This document shows positions 25,120 through 37,670 of a stretch of DNA of 64,000 bases, one piece after another. Numbering within the stretch: the stretch's first letter is position 1; each line of letters opens with the position of its first letter. The notes under the pieces are model-generated. The model was not told where the DNA came from and ran no database searches. It worked only from the letters and a program-made list of their open reading frames with translations. The translations under genes and the position numbers were made by a program. Origin of the DNA: Okamejei kenojei (lineage: Eukaryota); the NCBI GenBank assembly GCA_035221665.1, contig CM069143.1, positions 51,150,001 to 51,214,000 of the forward strand, given 5' to 3'.

Positions 25120-25760
25120 GAGCAAAAAATGTAAAATGTTGGAGGAATTCAGCAAGTTAGGCAGCAATTATTGAGGCAAAGGGTTAGTCCATGTTTTAAG
25201 TGGAGACTGCCTTAGGACTGAGTGCGGAGGGAGGATAGCCAGTATATAAGTAAAAAGGAGGCACAGTGGGCAAAAGCAGGCACAAACAATATCACTGCAG
25301 TCCTGTTTGTGGATCTTGGGGAAGAAGATCTGATGTACTGAGATCTGAAACAGTCCAGAGGTTAATGATGTGGTGTTTGTTAATGGGGTCAAGGTCCAGG
25401 GGTGGGTTTGGGAAGATATCTGAGAGCTGCCATTTGGCCTTTTCATAGCAGTGGATAGTCTGCCGGACCACAATGGCGCCATCCTTCTCTGTGGGTTTGA
25501 TGACGAGGCCAGGGTGGATCTGAAATGATTAGTGAACTATGCATGCAGAGGGGGTGAGGTTGGAGTGGGTGAGTGGAGATGTCAATGCAGTCAATTTCAC
25601 ATTGGCAATTGAAAACAAAAACATCAAGATAGTGTAAAAAGCCAAAAGAGGGTGTCCAAGTGGATGGGGAGTGTTGGATACATGAGAAAGGGCTGTGGTA
25701 GCTTGATGTTTCGAAATGCCACTTGAATGTAATTACCAACATTGAACACAATCATCTACA
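25120..25760 (-). mobile_element. Old degraded PLE RT fragment
   Basis: ORF 25168-25482 contains PKIHKQ, a PLE RT motif; PLE-like terminus at 25125-25165. Confidence 0.5.
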
Positions 25761-28285
25761 GCTGCCACTTTTCCAGCAACAACTCCATCACTGTCTGTGG
25801 AAGTGTTTTATTATCCCAACTATTTGACAGCCCTTTAAAATGCAGCAAACTTAATCAAATTCAAGATTTTGCCATTGATTCATTACCTCTGACTCGTGTG
25901 TTTTCTCTAGGAACGATGTTAGCATCATAAAACTCCCTCCAGTGGTGACAGGCTGCTAACAACAGTGTTGAGGAGGACATTACAGCAACTTCTTTCCCCA
26001 AGGATCATGAAGTGATCTTTCTTCCATAAAATCACACAAAGAAGAGTCTCTAAGTTCACATTAGATTTACCTTTTAGTCTACCATACATGCCTGAGGCCT
26101 TTCCTTGTGATCCTGCATGATATGACACCATGGAATCCTTAGAATACGGAGGCAGTACTTTGGTTAAAAAAAAATCTAATGTGTTGAACAATCTTGCCGA
26201 AGGTTGGCAGCGAAAAACACCATTGATGTGCCTTGTCCCTGGAAAGCTGCTGTCACATATGAACATACACATGGGAAGCAGTAGGTCACATGGCCCCAGG
26301 CACTTACTAAGTCCCATGCCTGATTTGATAGTAACCTCAGCTTTACATTCCCTTCTCACCCAAATAACCTTGCTTATCAACCTTATTTGCACTGTCTTAA
26401 AAATATTCAGCTAATGCAAAATTGCAAAACCTGAAAAGGTGAGTACTAAAGACCCATGAACCATAGTGAGAAAAACATTTGTCTTGTCTCTTTTTTAAAT
26501 GGCCCCTTATTTTTTTCAACATTGACTCCTAGTTCTGGATTTTCACACAAGATGTAATCTTGGTGGATGTGTCATTCCCACATCCGCCAGTTTAAGAACT
26601 CTTAATACATTTTCTGTTTAAATCTCCTTTTAACTACCTGTAAATCCTACTATAAAATATTTATTTTCTATTTCCCAAACAAATCACTTTCATATTTCAG
26701 GGGACTGTACTTCTGATTGCTCAGTAAACAAGTTGATACATTAATGTTATAAATTCTATCAGGGCCAGTGGCACACTTTACGAGTAGATAGAAGTCTTGT
26801 TTGCAAGGGTTAAAACAGCATCTCCTACCCCAATATATAAGGAGACCATATTTTTAGTGAAAATGTTGGCAAATACAATTCATTGCAGGTTGATGTAAAG
26901 TATTGCAAATAAGAAAATATAATAATTACATACTTCATATCGAGATGGTCAAGGTGGCAGATGAAATAGGGGTAAAGGACTAAGCAGATTTGATATTCCA
27001 CAAGTTGAACCAATGTAGAGCAGCACTGAACCATTCCAATATAATATGAAACAATACAACTGGATAATTAAAATACAACTATAAGAGATGTGACTGCAAA
27101 CTCTGTGGTCTAAACTCTAATTTTACTTGATATTTGTTCTTCAGTCATCAGCAGTACTGGGATTTGTTATTCATTGCTGGTTGCACCTCAGCATGTGGAG
27201 AGTAATGCATCACATTCCTGACTTGTGCCTTATCACAAGGATGGCATTGGAGCATCAGTACACGAGCCACTCTAGTAGCTCTAGCAGTGGAACAAGAGAG
27301 ATTAATCCTGTTATGCTTCTGTTCAATGGTGACCGAAAGGAGGTGGAATTGATCATGGTGGTATTGTCATTGATTGTATAATTCCCCTATTTGTTGGAGA
27401 CAAGTTTGCTTTTGGTTACTGAAACATATGTAATCCTTGAGGTCTATGCAAACATTGAAGCTGATCTCCGATATCAAACAGCCTAGCAATGAAGACATTC
27501 TGGAGAAATTTGGCTGGAAAGGAAATGTATGAGAGGTAGCTTTATATGATAGCCAAAGGCATGTAAAAGGTAACAATGAACAGAATTCTTTGAATACAAA
27601 ATATTGAGAGATATGTGATTTTAATATTGTTATTCGCGTAGAAATGCTGAAGTTAATAAAACATAAGTGTAGATTGTGGTCAGGAGGTTCTTCACATGAA
27701 GTACGGTCATGGAAGGAATCAATTCCAAAGAGGTGATATTTGTGGAATCTGTCAAAAATAACCATTTATTAATATGGAAGGTCTGTAGATTTATGTGGGT
27801 AGAGGGAGTAAAATATTCTGAGTAGCTATTTTCAACTAGAATTATCGTACGATCACATCATATTTGAGATGCTTGTAAATCCCTGCCTCTCTTCATGACT
27901 ATCCTTAGTTTGGAATATCATAACGAGAAATTGTATTTACGCAACATCCTTAACAAAAGAACACCCCATAGTTCTTCATAGAGGAGTAATTGAACGTTAG
28001 ATGATGAGGAAAAGCAGGACCATTTGGAAGGTTGATCAGATGCTTGGTCAAAGAGACGCATTTTAAGGAAGATTTAAAAAAAGAAGAGATGTTGAGAGGC
28101 AGACAGGCTAATGGAGGTAATTCCAAATATGGATCCAAGACTACAGAAAGTACAGTCACTAGTGGTGGGGGTGTGGGGTAGGAGATGAAGCAAAATCAGT
28201 ATTAGGAAAAGAAGGAGTTTGCTATAGGAAGTGACAGGGAGCACTTAAGTTAAATTCACCTCCCACTGTTACTACTGAATGTACA

Positions 28286-28405
28286 TAAAATTATGGAAAT
28301 AACTCTTTTTCTTGTTAAACAAATTCCTGAAAACAATTAAGAAACAGAACTAGACAAAATAGTTTGTGTGCTATTGATTCATTGAAAGGTATCAAACTGG
28401 GAAAT
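28286..28405 (+). repeat. Exact 120-bp dispersed duplication, copy 1
   Basis: Identical to 29343-29462 (taaaattatggaaataac...caaactgggaaat). Confidence 0.92.
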
Positions 28406-29342
28406 AAGCTCAATGAGAAAGAAGACAAAAGAAACTGCAGATGTTGAAATGTGGAAAAAAAACAGAACACATGAAGAACTCAGCAGGTTAAGCAGCATCT
28501 GTGCAGGCAAAAAAGTGTATTGGTGTTTCGGCTCAAGGCCCTGTACGGTTTTAATGCAGAGTATTAACCCAAAGTGTTTACTCATCCCTTTTGCCTCCAC
28601 AGTTGATGCTTGGCCCACCAGGTTCCTCAAGCAATTTATTTTTGGTTCTCTGGGAAATAATTTTGTAAGCCGAGTAAATCGCAGAGCTGTTATTCTGTCG
28701 TGCATTTAGTGCTACCAACGGGAATGGGTTTTGAGTCAATTGTTCTTTTATCCAGACTGGTGCATAATTAATCCATTTGTTTTGGCCTGTGATATTGCAG
28801 AATTTGCTCTGAGTTACTGGTGGTAATTCACAGACTGCTAACCTCGAGGAGCATTAACAAATGAATCATGCATCATTCAACATTCAGCTTGAATAAAGAG
28901 GTTCAGTATTAAACAGTCAGCACCTAATCTTTGACATTAATTAAATGATTTAGAAGCCGGGTTTAACAGTGTCAAAGGCACACAAAGGAACTAGAAAAAC
29001 ATTAAGAAACAGTCATCCTCCCTCCAGTTACAGTATTTTACAAGCAAAGTACAACAGGAAAGGAGATCACAACCGTTGCTGTATTCCTAATGGAATGATC
29101 ACACTACTCAGTCAAAACACTCTCTTGGGTTACACGGCGTACCGTTCATAAATATATTAACTGGACTTGCTGTGTGTGTTGAAATTGCAGCCTTTTGTCC
29201 TTGTGCTGTGGCAAGGTAATAATAAACTTTTGAATAGTGGGATTAATAAAACAAAGTTTGCAACCAAACTTCTTAAGAAAGCTCCAATGCAAATTGTACC
29301 AAGCATACCAAGATTTCAGTGCTGGTATATTAGTAGAAAGAT

Positions 29343-29462
29343 TAAAATTATGGAAATAACTCTTTTTCTTGTTAAACAAATTCCTGAAAACAATTAAGAA
29401 ACAGAACTAGACAAAATAGTTTGTGTGCTATTGATTCATTGAAAGGTATCAAACTGGGAAAT
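29343..29462 (+). repeat. Exact 120-bp dispersed duplication, copy 2
   Basis: Identical to 28286-28405. Confidence 0.92.
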
Positions 29463-30076
29463 TGCTAAGTCTCCTAAATATGATGTGAAAATGAATATCA
29501 TGAAAGTTAATCCTGGAGGATGGAGGACAGATGTAAGCAATGGTTGAAAAGGTTGGTGAATAGATAGATCCACCCAAAAAATACTATCATCCAGAGGGAG
29601 AGCAATTAAGGTATTCCTAATAAATGACAAGAACAAGATATCCACAGAGGATAGCAACACGGCAATACAGAAAATACATTAACAATGAACAGTCATAGAA
29701 ATTGTTCTATCAGAATTAACTATAAGAATCAAGTTTGTATGAAATCTGTATACAGAAAAAAGGGGACAGTGTTGAACAATATTTTCTCAAATACTTTCCA
29801 TGCCAAATTTTTTAGGAGATTTAGTCCTTCCCAACTCCTCTCTTGGTTCATGCTGAGATGTAGTTCTTTGGTTTGACAGCATACTGTTGTCCTGCCAAAA
29901 TTGGACAAGTATCCAAACTGTGAATATATTTGACAAAGGAGGGGGCAATGGAGTTAAGCTTTATCTTCATCTGATCAAATGACCACACATGAGTAGTGCG
30001 GGGAATCATTGAGTGGAAGCCTGGTTCCCTCTGCCCCATTTCCCACATTGGGTGAAGCTACTGCAACTGAAGTAAA

Positions 30077-30299
30077 CCATATAACAATTACAGCACGGAG
30101 ACAGGCCCTCTCGGTCCTTCCAGTCCGTGCCGACCATTTGTTTTCCCCTAGTCCCATCTACCTGCACTCAGACCATACCCCTCCATTCCCTTCACGTCCA
30201 TATACCTATCCACTTTACTTTTAAATGTTAAAATCGATCCTGCCTCCACCACCTCTGCTGGAAGCTCATTCCACAGCCACCACCCTCTGAGTAAAGAAG
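30077..30299 (-). mobile_element. Young 5'-truncated CR1 3' end
   Basis: Nearly identical to 56141-56365; 16-bp TSD ctgcaactgaagtaaa at 30061-30076 and 30300-30315. Confidence 0.9.
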
Positions 30300-30629
30300 C
30301 TGCAACTGAAGTAAAGTAACAGGTTGGAGATTAGGTTCATATTGCATAAATGTTTAGTCCTGCTTCTTGGTACAACGAGTGGCAACTGAATGGAATATTA
30401 GGAAAAGAGGGTAACATTTGGAGATAAGATTTAGAATGTTAGCACATTAGGATTGGACTATCAGAATAGAGTTGTTCTGCAACCAATACACTGAATTACA
30501 GATAGCAGAGGATGGCTGTATAGAAAATCATATCTTCTTGAGTGTTTGAGGACAAAATCATTTATAAGGAACATTGAGACATCAGATTTATTTAATCTAT
30601 TTAAGGGGAGAAACGTGTCTTCAATTATT

Positions 30630-30826
30630 GTCCAAGCTCTCTCCCTCTGTCCCCTCCCCTTCCCAGCTCTCCCAGAGCCCATTGTCTCTGCCTCTTCCTT
30701 TCTTTCTTCCCGCCCCCCCCCCCACCCCAACAGTCTGAAGAAGGGTCATGACCCGAAATGTTGCCTTTTTCCTTTGCTCCATAGATGCTGCCTCACCTGC
30801 TGAGTTTCTCCAGCATTTTTGTCTAC
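30630..30826 (+). mobile_element. Short PLE 3'-end insertion
   Basis: Pyrimidine tract followed by ctgaagaagggtcatgacccgaaa; TSD cttcaattatt at 30619-30629 and 30827-30837. Confidence 0.85.
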
Positions 30827-31395
30827 CTTCAATTATTATTTGGTCGCATCACAAAATAGAAAAATGAACTGGCCTCGGTTGTTATAATTCATTGCCATAG
30901 ACAGCTGTGGTGTCCAAGACACTAGGTATTGTTAAGGCAGAGATTGATAGGTTCTTGATCATCTGAGATTACAGGAAGAAGATAGGAGAACAGGGTTGAG
31001 AGGGAAAAATATATTAGCCGTAATTGAAAGGCGGAATAGATTTGTTAGGCCGCGTGGCCGAATTCTATTCCTATGTCTGGTATTATGGTTTTATTTCAAG
31101 ATTTTAAGGACAGACAGTTCTTCTTGCAAGTGGTTGATGTAAAGATTACTTGAACACAAGAGGGCACTGCAGCATAGTGAAAAGGAAATAATAAGTTGTT
31201 TTGCTGCAGTTGGTGAATTAAAGATCCCTTCTCACATTATCACTGACAAAGTGAGGAAGAGGCACAGATATTTATTTGGGAGATTTTCAGTATCAACATG
31301 ATGCTGATGGTCTCCAGATGGCACTGCTGTTACCTGAGAAAGGTGTGTGACTATACTTTGCCATGGCAAGTGTGCATGCCACATTAAGGCATTAA

Positions 31396-31491
31396 AGTCT
31401 GAAGAAGGGTCTCGACCCGAAACGTCGCCTATCTCCTTCGCTCCTTAGATGCTGCTGCACCCGCTGAGTTTCTCCAGCTTTTTGTGTACCC
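31396..31491 (+). mobile_element. 96-bp PLE terminal insertion with intact hammerhead-like core
   Basis: CTGAAGA-A-GGGTC-TC-GACCC-GAAAC-GTC; TSD ttaaggcattaa at 31384-31395 and 31492-31503. Confidence 0.85.
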
Positions 31492-31721
31492 TTAAGGCAT
31501 TAATTGCTCGGTTTAGAGTGCGCTTTTCACAATCTGAACAACACCTTTTCAAAAACATTCGTACAGGAGGTGAGGAGGTAATATCTTTTAACTTGATTTT
31601 GCAGGAATGTTGGATACGCCCGGGCCTTTGTTAAAATGGATTTCAGTCCTGTTTCAGCAGTGCAGAAGAATCTCAATATAATTATGATGTATTGTTGGTT
31701 ATCAAAATAAATTTATTGCCC

Positions 31722-31799
31722 TGTCATTGTAATTAGGCAAAACCATTTCAGGAGTAAAATTGTCATTGTAATAAGACAAAAACATTTCAGGAGTAAAAT
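31722..31799. repeat. Tandem repeat, 2 x 39 bp
   Basis: tgtcattgtaattaggcaaaaccatttcaggagtaaaat / tgtcattgtaataagacaaaaacatttcaggagtaaaat. Confidence 0.85.
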
Positions 31800-33219
31800 G
31801 ATCTTCCTTTTTAGTTGAATTTGGTAATTGAAAGGTGCAGTGATAAGATTTTTTGTGTTTTGTGATGAAATTTCAATGCAAAGGAAAAGCATCGACTTAC
31901 TGTGAGTTTCATGCTCTCTGTAATCTTTCAAGCAGATTCGTAAAAGGTTGTTACGAAGAAGGAAGGCACGTGCATCAAGTCAATGTATTCTTCCTCATCC
32001 ATTTCCACACTCTTTCCCACTTCTCTGCAAATGATGTTCCTTCAAATCTGGAGATTGCCCAAACACGTCCAAAAGAAAGCAGCATGTGCGCAAACTAGCA
32101 AAGAGTATTTGGGACAATTTAACACTAGAACCAATTTACTGGGTACCTAATGTTCTTTCTCTGCCCTTCAGGATCAGGACCTTCTCCAATTTGGTAAAGT
32201 ATGGTCCCTTAGAGTGGTCCATCCCATCAGATTGGCTTTGTGTAGAGAGCAACTGCCTTAATGGAGGTTATGAATGAAATAACCTTTTTTATTATACATT
32301 TGTAGGCCTTATATATATCTGAAATTGTAAGGGCAACATATTATGTTGTGTGACTGTGTGTTTGCATCTACATTGTGCTGTTGGGGGTCACCTTTACATA
32401 TCTAATAATGTCATATTTCTTCTGGCATTACTCCTTTGAACATGGGTTAACCTACACATTTAACCTTGGTGGTATTGCATGTCGTCAAAGACCTCTCTGC
32501 CCCAGGGGCACTGGTAACTATTGGAATGATCTAGAGAAAACCATCAATTAGCTCTAGAGTGTGGAATATCTCTGCATTTCCATGCCTGTGCACTGGAGTG
32601 TGGAGGCTGGAAGTCAAATGAACACATGTCACATCTCCTGCCCTCAGACTCAATGTTTGCATCATCTGCCCCCTTTATGCCAGCATTACTGTTGATGCTA
32701 GCTTGGTGCCAGTCATTTGAATAGAATCACTGGTCTTTATTTCAATGGGAAGTTTACAGGTTTTGTTTATTTTTCTTAAACCTTCCAGTATATTTATGTT
32801 CTTAATTAACAATTGCTCCCTGTGGTTTTAAATTTATTAAATGCTAATGTCCTTTTCAATTAGTTAATTTCCAGCATTTCTCTGGTTATCAGGGGCATAT
32901 GGAAGCAGTGAAATGCTTCAGAGAGTAGGAACTGCCAAATTAGGGTTGTTCATAGATAAGGCTTTAGCTCTTGCTGTCTGCAGCCCACTCATTGTTGCGG
33001 CCTGCTGTGATTCAAAGTAACGGCAGTGGTACATTGGGAACCGCGCAGCTACAAACGTACAGTGCAGCTGCAGGTTGAAACTGGACAGCCACCATGAAGC
33101 ATGCACCAGCATCTGCACAATCCTATGATAGCTCGGGACTGCTCCCATTAGAACCTGTGTTTGCAATGAAAAAAACACTTGCAGCCAATTTTAGCACCTG
33201 ATCCAGTGGTAGTCACAAT

Positions 33220-33622
33220 CAAAGATCCTATAGCGAGCAAGATAGTCCACTCCTGCGAAATCCAATGGGCTGACGTGTAGTACGCGAACGGAGCAAAACG
33301 TCGGTCATTTCTTTGGCCATTTCACTAATCCCGACCCGACTTTGGTTATCCCTCTCGCAGTGTAATCAACGTTGTGGGGGAACAGTTTGTGTTAATAAAT
33401 TATAATTCTGAAAATGAGGAGAAGACTTTTACCAAAGATCTTTGATTTTTACGAGGATGGTTCCGTAACTGGCTTTGTCCCTGCACTAGTATCTTTGGGA
33501 TCTTTGGTGCGGAGACGGAAGCCGGTTGCGGAAATGGGGCCGAAAATTACCCATGAATCTGCCCATGACCGTATTACGTGTTTTTCGTCGAGTGGACTAT
33601 CTTGCTCGCTATAGGATCTTTG
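33220..33622. mobile_element. Non-autonomous DNA transposon with 33-bp perfect TIRs and 8-bp TSD (P-superfamily-like; hAT not excluded)
   Basis: TIR caaagatcctatagcgagcaagatagtccactc at both ends; TSD gtcacaat at 33212-33219 and 33623-33630. Confidence 0.88.
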
Positions 33623-35209
33623 GTCACAATGATGTTGTAGTATTCCAAAGAGAGGCTCTGTGAAAATTTCCCGGCATCCATTTCTACATTCTGAATCTAG
33701 CTACCAACTACTCTCTTTACTATAATATAATTACAAAATTGAAATATAACCAGAAAAAGCTTGAAATATTCATGTTGATTCATGCAGTATCTTTGGGCAG
33801 AGACACAGAGTTAATATTTCTGGTCAAGAAACCCTACATCAGAACACTATTTGTCCAGTTGATTGTGGACTATGTTTATGTCTCATCATATTAAAGTGAA
33901 CCTTGCCTAAATCTGGAAAATTAATCACTGTGTCACACAAATCCTTTTCAAACGCCTCTGATTTCAATCATTTTACAGTCCCCATTACACAAATGTTCAC
34001 GTATCATTAGGTTGTTAACCATATCTGGGTCATTATGAAATCTGATAGAGCCTGCTCTGTATTGGTTCTATGGCATGTTGTTGTAGAAGACCCATCCTGA
34101 ACAAATAATTCATTATCTTTCTCGTAGGCTTGAGTCTATTTATGTCAATCTACATTAATGTTAACATCCCCCATTAAAATTACTTGCCTTTTCTGCATGG
34201 TTGTCCAATCTATGTTGTTCAATGCTCATTATATAGTAGCCTACAACTGTGAAGGTACATTAGCCGGATGGTATGTGTTTGCTTGTGAACTTGAAATTGA
34301 GAAGGGTAGTATCTCCTGAGGTACAAGTTATTGTAGGTTGCTAAATGGCCCTTACCCGCAAAATATGGTAAACAATCAAGGTAGGTTTGAGGCCAGAGAT
34401 TTGTGAGGGAGCAGCCCAGGTGAGAATCAAGAATCAGAAGACTAAAAGTGGATGTACCAAACAAAGATTAGCTGTGGTTTGGAGAGGTAGAGAGACTGGG
34501 AGATGGCTAGCTACTGGGGCTGGATAGAGATTTGTGAATTTGGAGTTGGGGGAGGCTGAGTAATTGGAAAATGAAGATCTGTAGTTGAGGGGGAAAATCT
34601 GTTAAGTCGGGAAGAGTTCAGTCGTTGATAGGAAAATTATGGTTGAAGGCTTGGTGATGAATTGTTGGAGGTAGTGTTTGATGCTCACAAACTTGGGATA
34701 GTGGACATGGTTTAAGTCCTGCTGAAGCATGTTTGATAGATGTTGTGAAGGCCTCCTTCTAGATGAATGGTTTGTGAACATTGACATGTAAATCCACACA
34801 GACAGTTCATGATTTTCTATTCCATTTTTTCTTTACCTTAAAATTGTGCCAATATTGCACAAAAATGGTCAAGAACAAATGTTCATGTGTTTCATGCTAT
34901 TCTGCATGGACAACAAAATGCATTCTTAGATCACTTCAGGACTTCCAGCTATTTACTCGACATCTCTCATTAGCAATTCTATTCATCGCCATTTGTGTCA
35001 TTTTGTCTCCTCACCTGTGCCCCTCATTTGTCCCCAAGAATGAGTCTATCTGAATTCAATCTGCTTGTCATCTATCCAAAGCGTAATGGCTAACTCACAC
35101 CATGACCTTACTAATTTGCTTTCATCTCATGGCTGAAACTTCTAATCTGCACACGATCCTTGACTTACTGAAATGGATGAAAAATGAGGATATACTTTGA
35201 TGCCCTCTC

Positions 35210-37670
35210 CCCAGAAGATGAAGGCATATATAAGGTTTCGAGCCTTTGAGGAATATAAGGACAAAATGCAAGGAATAAGGAAGGCCGGAAGGGCCCATGA
35301 AATACTATTGACTAGTCGGATCAAAGAGAATCCCAGGACATTTTATACATAAGCTTAAAACGAGAGTAGATGTAACTAGTAGCGTGGATAAGGGAGAACC
35401 AGTGGATGTGGTATATCTGGACTTCCAGAAGGCTTTCGACAAGGTCCCACATAAGAGATTAGTATACAAACTTAAAGCATACGGTATTAGGGGTTCAGTA
35501 TTGATGTGGATAGAGAACTGGCTGGCAAACAGGAAGCAAAGAGTAGGAGTAAACGGGTCCTTTTCACAATGGCAGGCAGTGACTAGTGGGGTACCGCAGG
35601 GCTCAGTGCTGGGACCCCAGCTATTTACAATATATATTAATGATCTGGATGAGGGAATATATCTCCAAGTTTGCGGATGATACTAAGCTGGGGGGCAGTG
35701 TTAGCTGTGAGGAGGATGCTAGGAGACTGCAAGGTGACTTGGATAGGCTGGGTGAGTGGGCAAATGTTTGCAGATGCAGTATAATGTGGATAAGTGTGAG
35801 GTTATCCACTTTGGTGGCAAAAACAGGAAGGCAGACTATTATTTAAATGGTGGCCGATTGGGAAAAGGGGAGATGCAGCGAGACCTGGGAGTCATGGTAC
35901 ACCAGTCATTGAAAGTAGGCATGCAGGTGCAGCGGGCGGTGAAAAAAGCGAATGGTATGTTGGCTTTCATAGCAAAAGGATTTGAGTACAGGAGCAGGAA
36001 GGTTCTACTTCAGTTGTACAGGGTCTCGGTGAGACCACACCTGGAGTATTGCGTGCAGTTCTCCAAATCTGAGGAAGGACATTATTGCCATAGAGGGAGT
36101 GCAGAGAAGGTTCACCAGACTGATTCCTGGATGTCAGGACTGTCTTATGAAGAAAGACTGGATAGACTCGGTTTGTACTCTCTGGAATTTAGGAGATTGA
36201 GAGGGGATCTTATAGAAACTTACAAAATTCTTAAGGGGTTGGACAGGCTGGATGCAGGAAGATTGTTCCCGATGTTGGGGAAGTCCAGGACAAGGGGTCA
36301 CAGCTTAAGGATAAGGGGGAAATCCTTTAAGACCGAGATGAGAAAGACTTTTTTCACACAGAGAGTGGTGAGTCTCTGGAACTCTCTGCCACAGAGGGTA
36401 GTTGAGGCCAGTTCATTGGCTATATTTAAGAGTGAGTTGGATGTAGCCCTTGTGGCTAAGGGGATCAGAGGGTATGGAGAGAATGCAGGTACTGGATACT
36501 GAGTTGGATGATCAGCCATGATCATATTGAATGGCGGTGCAGGCTCGAAGGGCTGAATGGCCTACTCCTGCACCTAATTTCTATGTTTCTATGTTTCTAT
36601 GAGAGAGTAACTAACAAGAGGGTAGGACCACTGACAGATAAAGGAAGTGAATTTATGCTGTAGGATGTTGGGGGTGTAGGGGAGATACTAAATGAGTACT
36701 TCCTATCTGTATTCACCACGGAAAAAGACATGGAGATCAGTGTGGGGTATTCTAATATGCCAGAGTATTTTGAAATCACAAAAAAGATGGTGTTGGGTAC
36801 CTTGGAGAGTATGTCCCAGGGCCTGATGGGATTTACTGAGATAGGTGATTGTTGGGGTCTTGACACCAATTTTTGTATTTTCCCTCACCATAATTGGGGA
36901 ATTTTGAAGCGAGTGGGCTAATTAGGAACAGTTTGGTGGTGGAGCTGGTTATGTCTTACAGCCTTAAGTGATTATTTTGAGGAGGTGACAAATGCCCTTA
37001 ATGAGGGTAGGACAATGGGTGTTATCTATAGGGACCTTAGTAAGGTTACTTATCCAGAGGGTAGAAGATAGAGGGTAGTGGTGGAAGGGTGTCATTCCGG
37101 CTGGAGGTCTTGATGAGTGGTGTGCTGCAAGTGATCAGTGTTGGGACCACCGATGTGATATATATATATAAATTACTTGGACGATGGGTGGGTAGTAAGT
37201 TTACAGAAGACACAAAAAAATGATGGAGCTGTGGACAATCAAAATGGCTGTCAAAGGATATGCAGAATGTGGATCAGTTATGAATATGGGCAGAGAAATG
37301 GTTGATGGTATTGAATCTGGAAAAATGTGAGGTCTTCCATTTTGGGAGACAAAACGTAAGGGCAAAGTAATGGCAGGACCATTAACAGCATTGATATAAA
37401 AAAGGATCTTTACGTCCAAGTCCATCGCTCCCTAAAACAGGCAACACAAATAGAGTGGTAAATATGGCATATTATGTGCCTACTTTCATCAATCAGGGTA
37501 TTGGGATAAGAACCAGGAAGTCAGGAAGGCTGTGAAGGTTTTGGAGGGGATGCAGGTGACATTTATCAGGATGTTGCCTGGATTAGTTTGGCGTCATGAT
37601 TGGCATAGACATCATGGGCAGAAGGGCCTGTTCCTGTGCTGTACTGTTGTATATGTTCTGTGTTCTGCTT
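35210..37670 (+). mobile_element. Older degraded CR1 hosting a nested younger CR1
   Basis: Decayed ORF2 remnants on both sides of the nested copy (atcaaagagaatccca; ctaaatgagtacttcctatctgtattcacc; tail gggcagaagggcctgttcctgtgctgtac). Confidence 0.7.
35369..36600 (+). mobile_element. Young 5'-truncated CR1 LINE
   Basis: ORFs 35384-35680 ([22 protein letters not shown]) and 35756-36502; (tttctatg)n tail; candidate TSD gagagta at 35362-35368 and 36603-36609. Confidence 0.95.

Noticed and set aside
28286-29462. TRIM or LTR element bounded by 120-bp direct repeats
   Set aside because: No TG...CA ends, PBS, PPT or TSD; the interior is ordinary unique sequence plus a decayed PLE end.
32918-33178. 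86-aa minus-strand ORF with an acceptor-like start
   Set aside because: No recognisable product in any frame; kept only as a weak splice-signal note.
34300-34800. Possible L2 LINE remnants (also ~27990-28170 and ~61620-61980)
   Set aside because: Purine-rich decayed sequence suggestive of L2, but too degraded to support by eye.
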